A stretch of 64,000 bases of DNA from Octopus sinensis. Its lineage: Eukaryota. The notes below the pieces were generated by a model. It worked only from the letters and a program-made list of their open reading frames with translations, was not told the DNA's origin and ran no database searches. Below are positions 54,011 through 64,000 of this stretch, one piece after another. Position numbers and translations under genes: made by a program. The stretch spans positions 61,194,001 to 61,258,000 of the forward strand of contig NC_042998.1 of assembly GCF_006345805.1 (NCBI RefSeq), in the 5' to 3' direction. The stretch's first letter is position 1. The number at the start of each line of letters is the position of its first letter.

Positions 54011-57000
54011 CGTCATCATTATCATCGTCATCCTCATCATCATCATTGTTTTTTAATATCCAATTTCGATGCTAAGGTCTCACTGAATGCTGGCAAATCT
54101 AAAGGCTGCACCAGGCTCCAATCTGATCTGATATGCATGCATATATATGTAAACATATCTGTATTTGTATAAATATATATGCATATATATACATATACAC
54201 ACATAGATATATCACGATGAAAGTATTAACTCACATTACAATAGTGATTTTATTGTTTCATTTTGACAAGTAATACTGAAATAGTGTAAGAGATAAGAGA
54301 TTGATCCATGATCACATTTACAAGAAGTTGAAATTTGTTTGGCTCATGATACTGTATGGACCTGAAGTAAGGCATGTGTGGAAATTTGAATGAAATCATT
54401 TGGATAGTTCTAGAATTTTAGTGATGCAGACAGACAAACATTTACACGCACAGATACACTCATTCTCAGTTACATAAATATATATATATATATATCGAGA
54501 GAGAACGAGAGAGGGAGAGAGAGGGAGAGCGACTATCATACTTATTCTAGCCTGAGACATTCTGGGAAGATACTCCTGTAAGTGATGATATCTCATCATC
54601 ATCAACATCATCATCATCATCATCATCATCATAATCATCACCACCACCACCATCACCATCATCACCATCATCACCACCACCACCACCATCACCACCACCA
54701 CCACCACCACCACCACCACCACCACCACCACCACCACCAACACAACTACGACGACGACGACGACCATCATCATCATCATTATCATCATTGTTGCTTAATA
54801 TCCGCATTCGATGCTGAGGTCTCACTGAAGGCTGGCAAGCCTAAAGGCTGCACCAGGCTCCAATTTGATCTGATATGTATGCATATATATGTAAACATAT
54901 ATATATTTGTATACATATATATGCATATATATGCATATACATACATAGATATATCACAGTGAAAGTATTAACTCACATTACAATAGTGATTTTATTGTTT
55001 CACTTTTCACAATAATTGTACCTTAGCTTCAACCAGTCTGTCTTGGCATTCTCTACCTCTCTCTGAAGTCATATTCTTATCCTCATTTCTTGTAACTTTC
55101 AGTCCCTGCATCCTCATTATTCTTCCGTCATCACTTAAACGTCTCACTTTCTCAACATGTCTTCATGATTGTAAAATCACATCAGAGAGCAACGAGATAT
55201 GTATAATATTATGAGATGCAAGACAACCTAACCAGTGCAAGCACTATGAGAAAATGGCCCCAGTACACACTTGAAAGTGATTTGTGAATGAGAGGAGACA
55301 GCTTAATTTTGAGTGGAACCTACAATGGAATTGTGGACATTGGAGTCTGGTACTGCCATCAGCTTGCCAGCTCTGGTCAAACTCTCCAACTCATGCCAGC
55401 TTGGACACTGGATGTTATATGGTGATGATGATGTTAATCTTATTATTGCCTGTGTTACAATAGAACAGAAACAAAATCCTTATATAATGTTTGCTGTTAA
55501 GAAGAGTATCTTGTCATGTAAAATCCAGAGTATTTAAGTGAGATGTGTGTGTACCTGAAGCATTCAAAGTTGATGTTAACTCTGAATGAGAACAGATTTG
55601 GACATTGATGACCCATCTAATGGTTGGGAGCATGGATGCAGATGATGAATGATAATGACACTATCATTTATTATTTTGTATTTATTATTTTGCCTCTTGC
55701 AGCCTGTATCTAATCTTTATGACTTGGAACTTACACCTGTGTAGAAGGGTCTGACTGACAGAAACTGTCGTGTAATGTTTTTGTTAATAATGAGAGCAAC
55801 ATCACAAGTAAAATCTAATACCATTGATGTTACCAACTTTTATACTACATTTGTCACTGATATTAATTAAAAAAAACTAATTACAAAAGGTCACAGTAAT
55901 GCTTTATAAAATATACCTAAATAGTATCATAACTATACAGAAATGTTTCACATATGTTTCAGGACACAATAACATCTGGACATTATTGGACTATTGAAGT
56001 CAATAATCCCAGTTGTAGAGAAGTGGTTCTGTGCACAAGACAAACAGTAGAATTACTTACACAGAGGGTAATAAGGTTTAAATCTGTGGGTGAGGGTACA
56101 AGATGATGCTGTTATACAATCAGGTTAAATTTCAGACATACAAATGTAAATCAATTAATGAATAAATCCGATTCATTATCATGTTAACAGGGTATATGTA
56201 ATACAAAAAAAAAAAACTGTCTTACATTGCAATACTAGATATTTATATAAATTGTATATAATCTGACTAAAAAATAAGTGACTTTCATTACAGTGAATAT
56301 GATTATTTCTCAGCACAGATCTATATTCTCCACCTCTCATTGTTCTTATCCTCATTTTCTTATAATTTCAGTCCCTGCATCCTCATCATTCTTCCGTTAT
56401 CACATAAAAAAATAAGTGACTTTCATTAGAGTGAATATGATTATTTCTCAGCACAGATCTATATTGTAGACGTTCCATCAAAATCATCATCATCATCATT
56501 GTCATCGTCGTTTAATATCTGCTTTCTATGCTTAGGTCTGACTGATTTCTGGCAAGCGAGAAGCCTGAACCAGGCTCCAATCTGATATGATATGTATGCA
56601 TATACATGTAAACATACATATACATGCATATATATATATGCATATATATACAGACATATGCATACATAAATATATCACAGTGAAACTATTAACTCACATT
56701 ACAATAGTGATTTATTGTTTCACTTTTGACAAGTAATACTGAAATAGTTTAGAGATAAGAGAGATTGCTCCAGGAACACATTAGGCAAGAAGTTGAAAAT
56801 TTGTTTGGCCCATGACACTGCATGGACCTTAAGTAAGGCCTGTGTAAAAATTGAATGAAATCATGTGGGTAGTTCTCTAGTTTTAGTGATACACACATAC
56901 AAACAGACAGACAGACACACATTTACACTCACACTTACGTGCATTCTTAGGCGCAGGAGTGGCTGTGTGGTAAGTAGCTTATCTACCAAACACATGGTTG

Positions 57001-57954
57001 TGGGTTCAGTCCCACTGCGTGGCACCTTGGGCAAGTGTCTTCTACTATAGCCTTGGGCCGACCAAAACCTTGTGAGTGGATTTGGTAGACGGAAACTGAA
57101 AGAAGACCATCGTATATATGTATATATATGTATGCGAGTGTGTATTTGTGTGTCTGTGTTTGTCCCCTAGCATTGCTTGACAACCGATGCTGGTGTGTTT
57201 ATGTCCCCGTTACTTAGCGGTTCGGCAAAAGAGACCGATAGAATAAGTACTGGGCTTACAAAAGAATAAGTCTCGGGGTCGAGTTGCTCGACTAAAGGCG
57301 GTGCTCCAGCATGGCCGCAGTCAAATGACTGAACAGGTAGAAGAATAAAAGAATAAAAAGAAAGAATAAAAAGAATATATATATATAGACTATAATACAT
57401 ATTCTAACCTGAAACATTCTGGGAAGATACTCCGGTGAGAGATGATATCTCATATCAAACATCAGAGTATGTAAATCTCTGACATCTTCATATGATTAAA
57501 AATCAAGAAGAACTTCTGGAGAACAATTTTGTAAACAAAGGAAATTATCTTTAACAATTTTTACCACTTAAAAACCTTTCCAGTTGAGATTTGTTATTGA
57601 ATCTCCTACATTACAAAGCTGAGAATGATGTTCTTATAAGTACTTTTGACTTTAATTGTCAGTTTCCCAAGATGTTAATAACATCATTAATCATCTCTGT
57701 TGGTTCACAAATGACAGTCACTCAGTCTTCTCATTCTCCACCTCTCTTTCAAATCACCATTCTTATCCTCGTTTCACTCCCTGCATCTTCATTATTTTTC
57801 TGTCATCACTTCTCAACGTGTCACCTTGAATGAAAGAACACATCATAAGAGCAGTAAGAACTGTCTAATTTTCTGGCTGCAAGAAAACTGACCAATGCTA
57901 GTCCCCAAGAGAAAACTTATAGAAATAGATTTGGTACTTCAGTTTTATACTCAC

Positions 57955-57990
57955 CATCTTGCATTTCATATCCATCCTCCATGTGTGAGT
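57955..57990 (-). CDS. Cassette micro-exon, 36 nt, phase 1-1
   Basis: Identical to 41955-41990, same splice sites. Confidence 0.6.
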
Positions 57991-60589
57991 CTGAAATTCA
58001 TAATTTCAAGTGTTATAATTATAGTAAAATTTACCAGCATTCACATTCACACAAAAAGCTATAATTATTAATCTAAACTTTTACCAATAACGAATATTCA
58101 CAGCAACACTGACCAAATGATTGGACAGTTATAGTTTCTAATGTTTGTTGAGATTTTGTGATTGAGCCTCATACTTTACCAAAGCCAACATTGATGTTCT
58201 AGTAAGTAACACTGTCTTTGATTATTGGATTTTCAAGATGTTAGTAAATCATTAACCATCTCACAAATAATTGTATCTTAGCTTCATCCATTCGGTCATG
58301 TCATTCTCCATCTCTCTTTCAAGTCATTGTTCTTATCCTCATTTTCTTGTAACATTCAGTCTCTACATCCTCATTATTCTTCCGTTATCACTTAAACTTA
58401 TCACTTTCTCAACATGTCTTCATGATTGTAAAAACACATCAAAGAGCAATGAGAATTGTATAATATTATGAGATGCAAACAACCTGACCAGTGCTAGCAT
58501 TATGAGGAAATGGCCCCAGTACACACATGAACTTACACCTGTGTAGCAGGGTCTGACAGACAGAAACTGTCTTCGATGTTATTTTTAATATAAGAACAAC
58601 ATCAAAAGGAATATCTAATTCCATTCATGTCACCAAAGTTACACTACAAATTTTCACTGATGTTAATTAAGACCAACTAATTACAAATGGTCACAGAAAT
58701 GATTTATATAATATATCTAAATAGTATCATAAATATACAGAAATGTTTCACATGTTGTTTCAGGAGACAATAACATCTAGACCTCATTGGACTATAGAAG
58801 TTAATAATCCCAGTTTGTAGAGAAGTGGTTGTGTGCCCACGGAAAACAGTAGAATTACTTACACAGAAGGTAATAAGGTTTAAATCTGTTGGGTGAGAGT
58901 ACAAGATGATGCTATGAGAAAATAGGGTTCAATTTCAGACATACAAATGTAAATCAGTTAATAAATAATATCTGATTCATTACCATGTTAACAGGTTTCA
59001 TATGTAATACAAAAAAACACTGTCTGTCATTGCAATAAAAGATATCTATACAAATTGTATATAATCTGACTAGAAAAGAAGTGACTTTCATTACGGAGAA
59101 TATGATTATGTCCCAGCACAGATCTCTATTGCAGAATATCCTCCTCCTCCTCCTCCTCCTCCTCATCCTTTAACACACAACCATATGTAATATATGTATA
59201 TAGGCTAATAGCAGTATTGCCCGGCTCGTGTGCTCTTGTGTTCTATGCACGCGTGAATTAAGCTAAACTTGGATGAAGTTCAATCAAAATTCAATTATTT
59301 TGGTTTTAAAATCAAGCATTTTATACCCTTATGTGTTCTATTTCCTCAATAGGAAGTACGTAGAAGCGTTTTATAAATTTTTGTTGATCAAATAATTGCA
59401 TTGTTGAATTATTCTTTTATATCAGTATTCTCACGGGGATTTCAAGGTAGAGATCCAGGAGCTGCTGGCGATGTATCGTGATAATCAAAATCCAGCCTGC
59501 TAAAATTTGGTTAAGGGATTCAAACTGCAGACTCAATGCAAAATGGTTACATTTAATTCAAAGCATAAAAATGTTATGTAAACAATTGGTATGTGTTCAC
59601 ATAGTCCAAATGATTTATACGAAAATACCTACCAGGCTATATCCCGAAAAGCCATTTCTTTGTTGAATTCCTCTAATGTTTATGGCGATTCGTTTTTATA
59701 TCTTGATTTTGGATTTTTCATGTAATTTACGCATGCTTGTACGCGTGGTGAACACAGATTACGTCAAAAAGCTGACTGATTAACTTTCACTATTCAACGT
59801 AGGGGATAAGGCGTAAACAAACGCATTATCGATTTTTGCAATTGCGAGATGAATTTGGAACAAAAATAGCGCAGTTCAATTTTCATTTGCCTAAACTTTA
59901 AGTGACCCATTTTTGGTGGTTCTACGATCTGTTGGCTAGGAGGAGATGTGCCAGGAAGTTAAACCCACAGACAAACACACAGACAAACAAGTTGAGTTTC
60001 ATATATATATAGATAATACATATTCTAATCTGAGACATTCTGGGAAGATACTCCGGCAAGAGATCATATCTCATATCAAACATCAGACTACCTTAAAAAT
60101 GTGACATCTTCATACGATGATAAATCAACAAGAACTTCTGGATAACGATTCTGGAACCAAATGAAATTGTCTCTAATAAATTTTACCAGTTGAAAACGTT
60201 TTTATTTGCAATTTGTTATTGAATCTCCTACATTAGAAAGCTGAAAATGTGGTTCTTATAAGTAATTTTGACTTTAATTATCAGATTCACAAGATGTTAA
60301 TACATCATTAATCATCACTGTTGGTTCACAACTGATGGTCATTCTGTCTTATCATTCTCCACCTCTCCTTCAAATCACCATTTGTATCCTCATTTTCTCA
60401 CAACTTTCACTCCCTGCATCCTCAGTATTCTTCTGTCAACACTTCTCAACGTGTCCCCTTGAATGATAAAACACATCATAAGAGCAGTAAGAACTGTCAA
60501 ATTTTATGGGATGCAAGAAAAACTGACCAATGCTAGTGCTCAAAGGAAAACTTATATAAATGAATTTGGTACTTCAGTTTTATACTCAC

Positions 60590-60655
60590 CATTTGACGGT
60601 GATGTTCTTTGACGGGTTGTGCCCGGCTGTTCTTTTCTAGGCGGCAATTCTATGA
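60590..60655 (-). CDS. Cassette exon, 66 nt, phase 1-1
   Basis: gaatttcag|...|GTGAGT; VIELPPRKEQPGTTRQRTSPSN. Confidence 0.72.
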
Positions 60656-63600
60656 CTGAAATTCATAATATGTAGTGTTATAATCTATAGTAAAATTTAC
60701 CAGCATTCAAATTTACACAAAATGCTATAATTAATAATCTAAATATTTACAAATTAAGGACTTTCACAGCAACACAGACCAAATGATTTCACAGTTATAT
60801 TTTGTAATGTTTGTTGAGATTTTGTGATTGAGCCTCATACTTTACCAAGTCCAACATTGATATTCTAGTAAGTAACACTGTCTATGATCATTGGATTCTC
60901 AAGATATTTGTAAATCATTAACCATCTCACAAATAAATTTGTCTTAGCTTCAACCATTTAGTCTTGGCATTCTCCACCTCTCTTTCAAGTCATTGTTCTT
61001 ATCCTCATTTTCTTATAATTTCAGTCCCTGCATCCTCATCATTCTTCCGTTATCACATAAAATTCATAATATGAAGTGTTGTAATTTATAGTAAAATTTA
61101 CCAGCATTCAAATTCACACAAAAAGATATAATTATTAATCTAAACATTTACCAATTAAGGACTTTCACAGCAATAATGACCAAATGATTTCACGATTATA
61201 TTTTCTAATGTTTGTTGAGATATTGTGATTGGGCCTCATACTTTACCAAGACCAACATTGATGTTCTAGTAAGTAACACTGTCTTTGATTATTGGATTCT
61301 CAAGATATTTGTAAATCATTAACCATCTCACAAATAAATTTGTCTTAGCTTCAACCATTCAGTCTTGGCATTCTCCACCTCTCTTTCAAGTCATTGTTCT
61401 TATCCTCATTTTCTTATAATTTCAGTCCCTGCATCCTCATCATTCTTCCGTTATCACATAAAATTCTCACTTTCTCAATATGTCATCATGATTGTGAAAA
61501 CACATGAAAGAGCAATGAGAATTGTATAATATTATGAGATGCAAGACAACCTGACCAGTGCTAGTGCTATGAGAAAATGGCCCCAGTACACACATGAACT
61601 TACACCTGTGTAGCAGGGTCTTACAGACAGAAACTGTCTTCGATGTTATTGTTAATATAAGAACAACATCAAAAGGAATATCTAATTCCATTCATGTCAC
61701 CAAAGTTACACTACAAATTTTCACTGATGTTAATTAAGACCAAGTAATTACAAATGATCAAAGAAATTATTTATATAACATATCTAAATAGAATCATAAA
61801 TATACAGAAATGTTTCACATGTTGTTTCAGGAGACAATAACATCTAGACCTCATTGGACTATAGAAGTCAATAATCCCAGTATGTAGAGAAGTGGTTGTG
61901 TACACATGAAAAACAGTAGAATTACTTACGCAGAAGGTAATAAGGTTTAAATCTGTTGGGTGAGAGTACAAGATGATGCAATGAGAAAATAGGGTGGTTC
62001 TACGATCTGTTGGCTAGGAGGAGATGTGCCAGGAAGTTAAACCCACAGACACACACACAGACAAACAAGTTGAGTTTCATATATATATAGATAATACATA
62101 TTCTAATCTGAGACATTCTGGGAAGATACTCCGGCAAGAGATCATATCTCATATCAAACATCAGACTACCTTAAAAATGTGACATCTTCATAAGATGATA
62201 AATCAACAAGAACTTCTGGATAACGATTCTGGAACCAAATGAAATTGTCTCTAACAAATTTTACCAATTGAAAACGTTTTTATTTGCAATTTGTTATTGA
62301 ATCTCCTACATTAGAAAGCTGAAAATGAGGTTCTTATAAGTAATTTTGACTTTAATTATCAGATTCACAACATGATAATACATCATGAAACATCTCTGTT
62401 GGTTCACAACTGATGGTCATTCAGTCTTATCATTCTCCACCTCTCCTTCAAATCACCATTTGTATCCTCATTTTCTCACAACTTTCACTCTCTGCATCCT
62501 CAGTATTCTTCTGTCAACACTTCTCAACGTGTCCCCTTGAATGATAAAACACATCATAAGAGCAGTAAGAACTGTCAAATTTTATGGGATGCAAGAAAAA
62601 CTGACCAATGCTAGTGCTCAAATTTACACAAAATGCTATAATTAATAATCTAAATATTTACCAATTAAGGACTTTCACAGCAACACTGACCAAATGATTT
62701 CACAATTATATTTTCTAATGTTTGTTGAGATATTGTGATTGGGCCTCATACTTTACCAAGACCAACATTGATGTTCTAGTAAGTAACACTGATTGGTTTT
62801 TGGATTCTCAAGATATTTGTAAATCATTAACCATCTCACAAATAAATTTGTCTTAGCTTCAAACATTTAGTCTTGGCATTCTCCACCTCTCTTTCAAGTC
62901 ATTGTTCTTATCCTCATTTTCTTATAATTTCAGTCCCTGCATCCTCATCATTCTTCCGTTATCACAAAAAATTCTCACTTTCTCTATATGTCATCATGAT
63001 TGTAAAAACACATCAAAGAGCAATGAGAATTGTATAATATTATGAGATGCAAGACAACCTGACCAGTGCTAGCACTACGAGAAAATGACCCCAGTACACA
63101 CATGAATTTACACCTGTGTAGCAGGGTCTGACAGACAGAAACTGTCTTCGATGTTATTGTTAATATAAGAACAACATCAAAAGGAATATCTAATTCCATT
63201 CATGTCACCAAAGTTACACTACAAATTTTCACTGATGTTAATTAAGACCAACTAATTACAAACGCTCACAGAAATGATTATATATATATCTAAATAGTAT
63301 CATAAATATACAGAAATGTTTCACATGTGTTTCAGGAGACAATAACATCTAGACCTCATTGGACTGTAGAAGTCAATAATCCCAGTTTTTAGTAAAGTGG
63401 TTGTGTGCCCACGAAAAACAGTAGAATTACTTACACAGAAGGTAATAAAGTTTAAATCTGTTGGGTGAGAGTACAAGATGATGCTATGAGATAATAGGGT
63501 TCAATTTCAGACATACAAATGTAAATCAGTTAATAAATAATATCTGATTCATTATCATGTTAAAAGGTTTCATATGTAATACAAAAAAACACTGTCTGTC

Positions 63601-63850
63601 ATTGCAATAAAAGATATCTATACAAATTGTATATAATCTGACTAGAAAATAAGTGACTTTCATTACAGAGAATATGATTATGTCCCAGCATAGATCTCTT
63701 TTGCAGAATTTCCTTCTCCTCCTCATCCTTTCACACCGCAACCGGCATCACCAGCACCACCGCCGCCGCCACCACCGCCACCGCCAGCACCACCACAAGG
63801 TCAAGCACCACCACCATCACCACAACCTCAACCACAACCACCAACACCAC

Positions 63851-63915
<65 letters not shown>

Positions 63916-64000
63916 ACATCATCATCATCATCATCATCATCATCAGCATCACCACCATCATCACCATCACCACCACAACGACGACGACGACCACCACGAC

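Larger units (their letters stand above)
38300..58500. repeat. Higher-order repeat, period ~7.9-8.0 kb, about 2.5 copies
   Basis: SINE at 40947/48946/56949 and 36-nt exon at 41955/49954/57955; 57-nt exon at 45859/53692. Confidence 0.88.
6900..64000. repeat. Large tandem array of rearranged ~2-3.5 kb intronic monomers
   Basis: The same blocks (ggaacttacacctgtgtagc block, (CAT)n SINE remnant, old Helitron end, gagacattctgggaagatac block, two purine-rich blocks, exon) recur roughly 15-20 times, complete or partial. Confidence 0.95.

Noticed and set aside
37891-55000. Long His-, Met-, Asp- or Val-rich ORFs in the track (e.g. 44352-44969, 52194-52643, 54582-54962)
   Set aside because: They are translations of (CAT)n/(CAC)n tracts, open in several frames on both strands, with no convincing splice sites or domain

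Overview
AT-rich eukaryotic DNA; the repeat content (RTE LINE 3' ends, tRNA-derived SINEs, non-autonomous Helitrons, hAT, microsatellites) matches what I recall from octopod cephalopod genomes (recognition only, no database check). Almost all ORFs in the supplied track are microsatellite or repeat artefacts. The real gene is a spliced minus-strand gene whose 5' end lies beyond position 64000 and which ends in a C-terminal death domain (DD). The terminal DD exon is at 485-690. The first DD exon is triplicated in a ~1.09 kb tandem repeat (5876-5947 and 4791-4862 intact, 3677-3727 degraded). From ~6.9 kb to the end of the window lies a tandem array of intron-like monomers, locally organised as 3.12 kb repeats and a ~8 kb higher-order repeat. 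It carries 12 short candidate cassette exons of 36, 57, 66, 90 or 129 nt. All have AG/GTGAG boundaries, all lengths are multiples of 3, and all are open in phase 1, the phase of the DD exons. The duplicated exons differ mostly by amino-acid-changing substitutions while their flanks are nearly identical. The best candidate for a novel system is therefore a diversifying, combinatorial cassette-exon array feeding a death-domain signalling protein. No transcript evidence is available, and part of the array (about 50-56 kb) shows signs of consensus error. No rRNA, tRNA gene or CRISPR array was found.
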